Below, piece after piece: positions 1-6,353 of a DNA stretch of 35,700 nucleotides. A model generated the notes under the pieces. It had not been told where the DNA came from. It was given only the letters and a program-made list of their open reading frames with translations, and did no database searches. Position 1 is the stretch's first letter, and every line of letters starts with the position of its first letter. A program made the position numbers and the translations under genes. Source of the stretch: a virus; IMG/VR virus record IMGVR_UViG_3300014205_000466, positions 1-35,700 of that record; one strand, given 5' to 3'.

Positions 1-78
1 GATGACCGAACCAGCAAGCGACAAACTGATTGCCGCTATTGAGGCAGTTGCCACAAATAGTTTCGAAATATCGAATGC
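1..78. repeat. Terminal identity copy 1: nt 1-78 = nt 35623-35700 (unit length 35,622 bp). Indicates a circular/circularly permuted genome or wrap-around.
   Basis: Direct base-by-base comparison of the first and last lines. The junction falls in the ATGA overlap between ORF 35421..35627 and the ORF starting at nt 2. Confidence 0.9.
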
Positions 79-259
79 GTCGGCATTCGCCCTCGTCGCC
101 CGCATCCGCCAACAGGATGCGGAGATTGGGCGGCTGCGGGAGGCTCATGAACGCATAGCGGAAGCCAACCAGCGCAGCATCAATGTTTGGAGTGCGGTAG
201 AGGCGCTTGCTTGGTGCCACGCTGTATCCGAGGAAGCACTGAAAGGCGGTGAAGCGTGA
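2..259 (+). CDS. hypothetical early protein (85 aa, helical/coiled-coil-like)
   Basis: ORF track. Its ATG overlaps the stop of the preceding gene across the circular junction (ATGA at 35624-35627). Confidence 0.6.
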   Translation: MTEPASDKLIAAIEAVATNSFEISNASAFALVARIRQQDAEIGRLREAHERIAEANQRSINVWSAVEALAWCHAVSEEALKGGEA

Positions 260-368
260 CACGTCATGCAATTATTCAGTTGATAAAGCAACAACAGGAA
301 GATCGGGCTAAGTTGTTCGCGTTTCGCGCGTGGCTTCGGTTTGTTTCTGTCACGAAAGGCGGTGAAGC

Positions 369-479
369 ATGAGTACTCTAAAGGCAAATCACGGGCCTTA
401 CCGTGCAATATCGAAAGCTGAGTATGTGGCGCTTGGCGACATGGATCGCTCCGGAAATCAAAATGGAGAACGGAAATGA
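369..479 (+). CDS. small hypothetical protein (36 aa, MSTLKANHGPYRAISKAEYVALGDMDRSGNQNGERK)
   Basis: Hand-translated; below the ORF-track cutoff. Its stop overlaps the next ATG (ATGA at 476-479), so it belongs to a chain of coupled small ORFs. Confidence 0.35.
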   Translation: MSTLKANHGPYRAISKAEYVALGDMDRSGNQNGERK

Positions 480-631
480 ACGTTGAATACGTAACCTCAC
501 GCGGTGAAGGAACGCTGATCGAGCACGGCGTTATCACATGGTGGATGCTGCAGGGCATGATCATGACGATGGGCGCTGATGAGGCGATCATGTTTCAGGC
601 TTGCTCGGATGATTGTGAGACGGGCCAATGA
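476..631 (+). CDS. small hypothetical protein (51 aa), paralog of the minus-strand ORF 29388..29519
   Basis: Hand-translated: MNVEYVTSRGEGTLIEHGVITWWMLQGMIMTMGADEAIMFQACSDDCETGQ. GGAG lies upstream. The second copy is near-identical (MNVEYVISHGVITWWMIQGMIMTMSADEEIMFQACSDDCETGR). Confidence 0.55.
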   Translation: MNVEYVTSRGEGTLIEHGVITWWMLQGMIMTMGADEAIMFQACSDDCETGQ

Positions 632-774
632 GTAGGGCGCAAAAGGCTGCATTCTTCTGTTGCGGCGTGTCGGTCTTGTTGATGATTTTGACCGGATGGG
701 GGCCGTTCGGGGTGAGCACCATTATTTTATTCGGGGCAGCTATCTGCATCTGGTTATTGGAGGGCCGCAAATGA
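628..774 (+). CDS. small membrane protein (48 aa, two hydrophobic segments)
   Basis: Hand-translated: MSRAQKAAFFCCGVSVLLMILTGWGPFGVSTIILFGAAICIWLLEGRK. ATGA overlaps at both ends. Confidence 0.45.
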   Translation: MSRAQKAAFFCCGVSVLLMILTGWGPFGVSTIILFGAAICIWLLEGRK

Positions 775-820
775 CCGATAGCTACGACGCAAGAAAAGAC
801 AGCCGTGAAGGTGGTGAAAC

Positions 821-1024
821 ATGAACACCAAACAGAAGATGATCGAGGCAGGATGCAAGGCGTTTCTTGCGGCCTACGATGATCCATCCGCAGAGCCTAT
901 GGACTACCGGCGTGAAGTCTCCGCTGCACTCGACGCCGCACTTGCCGTGCTGGAGAACGAAAAAGATTTCGATGAATACTCTAGCTTCATCGAATTTATC
1001 CGCAATCAGGAGCCGAAGCCATGA
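821..1024 (+). CDS. hypothetical early protein (67 aa)
   Basis: ORF track; its stop overlaps the next start (ATGA at 1021). Confidence 0.6.
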   Translation: MNTKQKMIEAGCKAFLAAYDDPSAEPMDYRREVSAALDAALAVLENEKDFDEYSSFIEFIRNQEPKP

Positions 1025-1284
1025 CTGAGATACCGAAAGACATAATGAATAAGGCCGACCGGCTGGAAAGCATATTGACCAGCCTTAGGCGAGAGTACGG
1101 GGTCACCATGATCGCCAACGCCCTCATGGAGGCCAGAGACAAGGCGCTGGAGGATGCGGAAGGCGCTGTCCTGGCGGTTGGATATTACAGCCTCGGTCTT
1201 ACGGGAGACGAGACTGAAATCTGCGATGCGCAGATTGCATATTCCGCCAAGGTCATCCGAGCCATGAAATCAACCACCAGGTGA
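1021..1284 (+). CDS. hypothetical early protein (87 aa)
   Basis: ORF track; translationally coupled to the upstream ORF. Confidence 0.6.
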   Translation: MTEIPKDIMNKADRLESILTSLRREYGVTMIANALMEARDKALEDAEGAVLAVGYYSLGLTGDETEICDAQIAYSAKVIRAMKSTTR

Positions 1285-1294
1285 AGGATGATTC

Positions 1295-1504
1295 ATGATC
1301 ACGAACAAATGTCCTAGGTGTCGAGCATCATATTTCCACTTGGAGCGCAACGTCTCAAAGCCAGATTTCGTATGCTCTACTGGATGCGGAAATAGGTGGA
1401 ATTGGGGATACGATGGCGGTGAATACTTCGCCAAAGCGACTAACTCTGCGGGAACAAAACCACAAGACTGGGTAAATGCGCAGACCATGGAGGAATTAGG
1501 ATGA
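1295..1504 (+). CDS. Cys-rich small protein, possible zinc ribbon (CPRC...CSTGC)
   Basis: ORF track. Two Cys pairs are spaced like a zinc ribbon, and a purine-rich RBS lies upstream. Confidence 0.55.
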   Translation: MITNKCPRCRASYFHLERNVSKPDFVCSTGCGNRWNWGYDGGEYFAKATNSAGTKPQDWVNAQTMEELG

Positions 1505-1701
1505 AGCTGACAAAGCAGCAAAAACGAATTCTTCTAGAATTGTCCCGTGGGCCATGGCGGCTATACGGTCAATATGCGCCGTGGATGGAAGACGCCGGAT
1601 TGGCGATATCCGGAAATCAGTGGGAAGATGGAAGTCGGCTCTATACGATCACACCAGCCGGACGCGCAGCACTCGAAGCCGAGAAGGAGAACGACAGATG
1701 A
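1501..1701 (+). CDS. hypothetical early protein (66 aa)
   Basis: ORF track; ATGA overlaps at both ends. Confidence 0.6.
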   Translation: MKLTKQQKRILLELSRGPWRLYGQYAPWMEDAGLAISGNQWEDGSRLYTITPAGRAALEAEKENDR

Positions 1702-1979
1702 CGGGAAATATCGCGCTTTCAGGCATAATGTTGTTTTTCAGCCTCGTTCCATCGGTGCCGTTTTCCTGCGTGGACCAACACCGCGGACCGTGCACATTTG
1801 ATGAAAATGGCCGCTACCACAGCAATAACGATTCCCCCGCCGCTTATGATCGACACGGGAGATACTGGTACAAGCACGGCGTCCTACATCGCGTCGGTGG
1901 TCCGGCTGCCGAAATGCACCAAGGCGATAGGTACTGGTACGAGAACGGGAAACTTATTCGTTCTGAGGTGAACCAATGA
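1698..1979 (+). CDS. MORN-repeat-like protein with an N-terminal hydrophobic segment (93 aa)
   Basis: Internal ATG of ORF 1554..1979, overlapping the upstream stop (ATGA at 1698). It contains repeated G(R/D)RYWY(K/E)(H/N)GxL motifs typical of MORN repeats. Confidence 0.55.
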   Translation: MTGNIALSGIMLFFSLVPSVPFSCVDQHRGPCTFDENGRYHSNNDSPAAYDRHGRYWYKHGVLHRVGGPAAEMHQGDRYWYENGKLIRSEVNQ

Positions 1980-2164
1980 CCGACAGACCAAAGCAATTCT
2001 ATGACCCGCCAAGCGGATGGAGATATGGGTTTCCCAAGGTGTACGCGCCACTTGAAGGCGAGACGCTTGAACAGACGCTCTTGCGCGACGGATATCCTCT
2101 ATGGGAGATCGACAAGGGGATCGCGGATCATTGCCGGTTTTGGAGCAAGGAGGATAGGCCATGA
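1976..2164 (+). CDS. hypothetical early protein (62 aa)
   Basis: ORF track; ATGA coupling at both ends. Confidence 0.55.
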   Translation: MTDRPKQFYDPPSGWRYGFPKVYAPLEGETLEQTLLRDGYPLWEIDKGIADHCRFWSKEDRP

Positions 2165-2322
2165 CTAGCGCAATAGCCATAAACGTCATCGCCGCCGCTG
2201 TTTCATTCGGGATGATCACGTCATCAATTCTAAAGGCGCAGGATAGAAAATTTATGACGGCAGCGCTTAGGTTCGCGATTGGCGCATGGATTCTCTATCT
2301 AGCCGTGGAGGCGATACAATGA
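2161..2322 (+). CDS. small membrane protein (53 aa)
   Basis: Hand-translated: MTSAIAINVIAAAVSFGMITSS...FAIGAWILYLAVEAIQ. ATGA overlaps at 2161 and 2319. Confidence 0.45.
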   Translation: MTSAIAINVIAAAVSFGMITSSILKAQDRKFMTAALRFAIGAWILYLAVEAIQ

Positions 2323-2630
2323 TTGAAACACGGATCTACACCCCGTCAACGCTGGCCATCCGGTGGCAGTGCAGCGAGCGCCACATTCGCAACTTGATTT
2401 CTCACGGCGATCTGAAATCATTCAAGCTCGGAAAATTACTCAGGATCACAAAACAGGCCGTCGAGGAGTACGAACAATGCAATGGAGGCTTACACGGCTG
2501 CGAGGCGAATTCTGCATCACCTGGGATGAGCCGGGAGGAATCCGCCGACGTTATCGACTTGGGACAAGCGACCCGAAAGAGGCGCACCGCCGCGCCACGT
2601 CTCGATTTGCAGAACTTACGCGCCCGGTAG
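2319..2630 (+). CDS. xis: excisionase-like / MerR-type HTH DNA-binding protein
   Basis: Internal ATG of ORF 2286..2630, coupled to the upstream stop. The N-terminus (YTPSTLAIRWQCSERHIRNLISHGDLKSFKLGKLLRITKQAVEEY) fits the excisionase-family HTH pattern, and the gene sits directly 5' of the integrase remnant. Confidence 0.6.
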   Translation: MIETRIYTPSTLAIRWQCSERHIRNLISHGDLKSFKLGKLLRITKQAVEEYEQCNGGLHGCEANSASPGMSREESADVIDLGQATRKRRTAAPRLDLQNLRAR

Positions 2631-2857
2631 GAAAGACCGTTTCTGATCTGTGGGCCGGTTATGTGAAAGACCGGGAAGGCCGCGCCGTCATTGAGACAAT
2701 GACGCACACATGGAAGGCGCTAAACTCAAGATTCGGTAGGATGGATGGCGAGCGGATCACCGTTGACGATTGCCGAGCGCACACCAAAGAGCGGCGCGAC
2801 AAGGGCATCCAAGACGGAACGATTTACACAGAATTGGGCCAGATGAACCTAAGATGA
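2477..2857 (+). pseudogene. int: tyrosine integrase, N-terminal fragment only (about 126 aa; catalytic domain absent)
   Basis: GAGGAG RBS 8 nt upstream of ATG 2477. The sequence MQWRLTRLRGEFCITWDEPGG..RRYRLGTSD...ITVDDCRAHTKERRDKGIQDGTIYTELG matches the arm-binding/SAM-like N-terminus of Rhizobiales phage integrases. It stops right after ELGQMNLR, and no frame downstream continues an integrase. Confidence 0.65.
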
Positions 2858-2917
2858 CCTTTCGGCGCTCATATTCACTAATCAGGCGGCTGTATTCGCT
2901 CCTGGAAAATGTCTTCA

Positions 2918-3154
2918 TCAAGCCAGCCCACCGCGAACGACAAACCCAACCACAGCGACGATCAGCGCCGATCCCGCGAGCCATAGAACCCTGTTAAATG
3001 CTTCCTTGATCCCACGAAGTTCTGTTCTGAGCGCGGCGAATTGTTCGTCCATATGCTTCTTATTCTCCCCCTCGGCAGCGCGAGCAATATTCAAGTCTTG
3101 TCGCCAGTTTTCGAGATCAGATACGCGGCGGTGAAGTTCGGCAATTTCTGGCAT
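2918..3154 (-). CDS. coiled-coil protein with a C-terminal transmembrane anchor (78 aa)
   Basis: Internal ATG (3154) of ORF 2918..3265, 11 nt after the protease stop. It has a heptad-like N-terminus and a terminal hydrophobic stretch (VLWLAGSALIVAVVGFVV). Confidence 0.5.
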   Translation of the reverse strand: MPEIAELHRRVSDLENWRQDLNIARAAEGENKKHMDEQFAALRTELRGIKEAFNRVLWLAGSALIVAVVGFVVRGGLA

Positions 3155-3164
3155 GACGGCTCCG

Positions 3165-3791
3165 TTAGTGGCGAGCAAGAAGTGAACACACAGATTGGGA
3201 TGGGACCACGAAGCCGAAACCGACGAATGAGCCGCCAAGGCCCATGGGAGCTGCCATGACGCCAACGGTAATGCCGATCAGGTCGCCGTCAGCATCAAAG
3301 ACGGGCCCACCGGATTGCCCCATGATCGTGGTAATGTCGGTGATATAGGCCGATTTCCACGGCCCGACTTCGCGGGGAGAACCGGCAATCTTGCCGTATG
3401 CCGAGACGAATTCCAGAGCGAGCGGATTACCTATCGAAATGATAGTTTCACCCTCACTGGCAACGCGGCATTCAAGGCGGGCCGCTCCGATGCGATCCGG
3501 CGATGTGCGCAGAAGCGCAATGTCGTATTCCTTGCTTGACCACATGACGGTTGCCGGCTGAATGCTTCCGTCAGACAGTTTGAGTGTGACGGTCTTTTCT
3601 GTTCCGACGACATGGGAGGCAGTGAGGACATAGCCATTGCCAATTGAGACGCCTGAACCATGTCCGCCTGGTAGCTTGACTTTGACGACGGCGGATAGCG
3701 TTTCGGGAGGAGGGGCTTTTGCCGAGAGCGAGAAGAACGCCACGACGATAAGCGCGGCAACGGACAACATTGCGAGGAACACACGTTTCAT
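3165..3791 (-). CDS. secreted trypsin-like (S1/S1C) serine protease
   Basis: The His/Asp/Ser triad contexts are present (LTASHVV, YDIALLR, GQSGGPVF). There is an N-terminal signal peptide (MKRVFLAMLSVAALIVVAFFSLSAKA). The start is placed at the second ATG, which has a GGAGAC RBS. Confidence 0.8.
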   Translation of the reverse strand: MKRVFLAMLSVAALIVVAFFSLSAKAPPPETLSAVVKVKLPGGHGSGVSIGNGYVLTASHVVGTEKTVTLKLSDGSIQPATVMWSSKEYDIALLRTSPDRIGAARLECRVASEGETIISIGNPLALEFVSAYGKIAGSPREVGPWKSAYITDITTIMGQSGGPVFDADGDLIGITVGVMAAPMGLGGSFVGFGFVVPSQSVCSLLARH

Positions 3792-3867
3792 TTTAGTCTC
3801 CATGTTTTGAGTATCACAAACACAGAATTTTGAGAGACAACGTGCGTTGAGTGTCGGAACCGACCGG

Positions 3868-4236
3868 CTACCGTCGCAGTTTGCTGATTATTGCTTCTCC
3901 GGATTTACCGATAAACAGGGATGCGATGATTGCGCCTGACCAATCGTCAAGCGGTGACGGCAGCGCGGCGATAGACCACGATTGCGGGAATGCGCACGAC
4001 TGGCAAAACAGGATCGAATAGACGATCACAGCGGCCCACCAGAGGCCAAGGGGGAGGATGAATACAGCAGGAAACCACCAGCCACGCCCGGTCAGCACCT
4101 GCGCTTGTGCGGCCACGTATGCCTGCACGGTTTCGGCCTTGATGCGCTCTCGCTCTGTCTCGTTGTCAATTTTGTTGTCTAGCGTCTTGAGAAGGCGGGA
4201 CAGCGGATTGAACAGGCCTAGGATAAAGGCAATCAT
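3868..4236 (-). CDS. multi-TM membrane protein, holin-like (resembles the 3-TM DUF3154 'gene-transfer release' holins)
   Basis: Last member of the ATGA-coupled lysis cassette. It has a charged helical N-terminus (ERERIKAETVQAYVAAQAQV) followed by GWWFP...hydrophobic segments. Confidence 0.5.
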   Translation of the reverse strand: MIAFILGLFNPLSRLLKTLDNKIDNETERERIKAETVQAYVAAQAQVLTGRGWWFPAVFILPLGLWWAAVIVYSILFCQSCAFPQSWSIAALPSPLDDWSGAIIASLFIGKSGEAIISKLRR

Positions 4237-4490
4237 TGGCGCGGCTTTCCAAATTCGCTAGACCATCCGCCATTCGCCACATAGAGCGCGTGAGCTTCGG
4301 GGAGATATTGATCGCACCATGGGTAGTCACGGTCATTGTGCTCAAAGATGGCGGTGAAAAACGCGTTGCCGTCCAGCATGGCCAGCGTTTCAGCAATCGG
4401 ACGCAGCTTTGCGCGTTCCTCATCTGAAAACGAGGATAACTCGCGAACCCCACCAGCGGGTACGGGAATACCAAACAGAAGGCTGGTCAT
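4233..4490 (-). CDS. hypothetical protein in the lysis cassette (85 aa, no TM seen)
   Basis: ORF track; ATGA overlaps with both neighbours. Confidence 0.5.
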   Translation of the reverse strand: MTSLLFGIPVPAGGVRELSSFSDEERAKLRPIAETLAMLDGNAFFTAIFEHNDRDYPWCDQYLPEAHALYVANGGWSSEFGKPRQ

Positions 4491-4690
4491 TTCACCACCG
4501 GAGGCTGGTTGGCTGTGAGACCAGTTACCCCGTCACGAATAACATTGATCATCAGCTTCACAAGACCGAGAACGCCAACAACCTTGAGCGCGATCGATGG
4601 TTCAAGGAATGGCGTCCAGTCAAAAGCCTCAAGGCCAGCAACCAGTGTGATGAGAATATTGATGATGTTGTGCGCGAGATTCGTATTCAT
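4487..4690 (-). CDS. small two-TM membrane protein, holin/antiholin candidate (67 aa)
   Basis: Internal ATG (4690) of ORF 4487..4843, overlapping the endolysin stop (ATGA). Hydrophobic segments: IINILITLVAGL and ALKVVGVLGLVKLMI. Confidence 0.5.
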   Translation of the reverse strand: MNTNLAHNIINILITLVAGLEAFDWTPFLEPSIALKVVGVLGLVKLMINVIRDGVTGLTANQPPVVK

Positions 4691-5427
4691 TTCGCACCTC
4701 TCAGAAACGCGGCGACAAGGGAAAAGATCGCGGAAAGAATATTCGACGTGACCGGAGCGGAAGGGACAGGATCGGCGGGCGGGAGCTGGATCGGAGGCAG
4801 AACGGCTGTTACTGTTCCGTAATTGCCGGCCTTGAGCGCCCACTCGAACTTGATGGCGTATCCGGCGATCAGTTCGGCCTTATCAGTGCCGTTGATAATC
4901 CTGCGGGCGTTGATGTAATCAGCCTTGATGCCGTCGATATAGTCGGACAGCTTCTTGCCGGTGAACAGGCCCTTGAGCATACCGTCGAACATGATCAGCG
5001 CAGCAATGCGCGGTTCCATGGCCCTGTCCGGGTTGCTGACAAGATCAATGCCGAGGGACAGGCCGGATCGCTGATAATTGCTCTTGTGGGTGAGCTGGAC
5101 ATAGCCACGACCGAGCCACGACTTGCCGTCTGCGTCCTTGCGCCAATAGGGTGTTTTCACCCATTTCAGCTTGCCGGATTTCCAAGCGGCCTCAAGGATG
5201 CCAATCGCCCGGTCGTCGGAGGATGCCATTGTCTCCCGAACTGGGAGCATCGTGTGTGCTGTTTCGTGGTAGGCGGTGGCAAGGATGTAAGCCAGTTGTC
5301 GAAGCGGAATGTCGCGCCGCTCGGCCTCCTCAACGATTGCCGTCAGTCCGTCAACGTGAGACTGTTTCAGGGACGAGCCGAAAAGGCCGCTCTTGCGAAC
5401 GGCTTCAAAAAACGCGGAATTGTTCAT
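4687..5427 (-). CDS. endolysin, glycoside hydrolase family 19-like (chitinase-like lysozyme) with a hydrophobic/amphipathic C-terminal tail
   Basis: Motifs LATAYHET and GRGYVQLT..NY are typical of GH19-type phage lysins. It is followed by coupled membrane-protein genes. Confidence 0.75.
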   Translation of the reverse strand: MNNSAFFEAVRKSGLFGSSLKQSHVDGLTAIVEEAERRDIPLRQLAYILATAYHETAHTMLPVRETMASSDDRAIGILEAAWKSGKLKWVKTPYWRKDADGKSWLGRGYVQLTHKSNYQRSGLSLGIDLVSNPDRAMEPRIAALIMFDGMLKGLFTGKKLSDYIDGIKADYINARRIINGTDKAELIAGYAIKFEWALKAGNYGTVTAVLPPIQLPPADPVPSAPVTSNILSAIFSLVAAFLRGAK

Positions 5428-5585
5428 GATTATAGCCCCGCTGAGTGAGACAAAAGTGCGTCCACCTGTTCGTCCGTCAGGCCGAGTGCGGCAGACAGCG
5501 AGACGACGAAGTTGTGGGTTCTGACGACGGTGGTGGCGTATTCGAACTCGATGGTGGCGACTAGATGGTCAATCTACTCTACCAA

Positions 5586-6320
5586 TCAAGATATAATCTG
5601 CGCCACAGTTGGCGAAAGCATAACAAATTCAACCGCCTCATTCCTATTTACGATGCGGTTGACACCGTTCTTCAGCCGTAGCTTGGTGCTATGAACGAAC
5701 GTTACCGGACCAGACGCAACGACGATAAGAACCCTGTGATAGAGCCCTTGGTTGTTTGTATCGGAAATAATGGATGAAACGCTGCTTTCCCCGTCATCGA
5801 GGGAGACAAAACTTTCCCCGGTTACATCAAGTTCACCACTTACGATCTGTTTTGTAGTTTTATTCCGATACCCCAATGAACTAACTGCGGCAGGCTTATG
5901 GAACGAAAATGTTTTGTTCGTCTCGATTTTAGCGACAAGAACGCCGGTCATTCGCAACGCCATCGGAATAGGCGATGCGTCTCCGTAAGAGTAGCAGCCA
6001 AGCGTTACCTCGCTCGGTCCTGCCCCTAAGCCGATACAGTTCAACCCGGTGAAGTTTTCAAGGTCGGCGTTGCAGACATCAAGCCAAGCATACCCCCTGT
6101 TTGCAGGACCATTCCCGCCAGGAACTCCGTTTGGGCACAGGTCAAACGCTATCGCGGCGTTTTCTTTCGTTGGCCGTAGATAAGGGACGGGATAGTTCGG
6201 CAGGGCGTCACGCGTCTTTATCTCAACTTCCCTGTCAGCGGTCTGTGAAAGGGCAATAGCCTTCTTGAATGTGTTTTTCTCAAGAAAAACGTTCTCCACG
6301 TCGGTGTCCGCAACAGTCAT
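5586..6320 (-). CDS. tail-fibre-associated / receptor-binding candidate (244 aa), visibly lower G+C than its neighbours
   Basis: ORF track. It lies immediately 3' of the tail fibre gene, and its A/T-richer codon usage is visible by eye. Confidence 0.45.
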   Translation of the reverse strand: MTVADTDVENVFLEKNTFKKAIALSQTADREVEIKTRDALPNYPVPYLRPTKENAAIAFDLCPNGVPGGNGPANRGYAWLDVCNADLENFTGLNCIGLGAGPSEVTLGCYSYGDASPIPMALRMTGVLVAKIETNKTFSFHKPAAVSSLGYRNKTTKQIVSGELDVTGESFVSLDDGESSVSSIISDTNNQGLYHRVLIVVASGPVTFVHSTKLRLKNGVNRIVNRNEAVEFVMLSPTVAQIIS

Positions 6321-6353
6321 GGTGTCCTCATGTTTTTTGCTCTATCGCTGCTT

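Noticed and set aside
256-372. GTG-initiated 38-aa ORF and the 17-aa micro-ORF 771..824 that fill gaps in the coupled small-gene chain, plus the repeated junction string GAAAGGCGGTGAAGC[G/A]TGA (241-259 and 354-372)
   Set aside because: The ORFs are too short, lack clear RBSs and have no supporting features. The 16-nt junction repeat is real, but I could not assign it a function beyond a possible recombination or module-boundary scar.
2857-2917. attP or a bidirectional terminator in the convergent gap after the integrase remnant
   Set aside because: No inverted repeat, T-tract or tRNA-like identity segment is visible in these 60 nt.
3165-3803. The protease as a prohead maturation protease
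   Set aside because: It has a cleavable signal peptide, lies outside the head module (after the lysis genes) and has trypsin-like motifs rather than S49/ClpP/HK97-type motifs.
5428-5570. Independent gene between the fibre-associated gene and the endolysin
   Set aside because: The open frame has no ATG, GTG or TTG start and no RBS. It is interpreted as a relic (see the findings) rather than a CDS.
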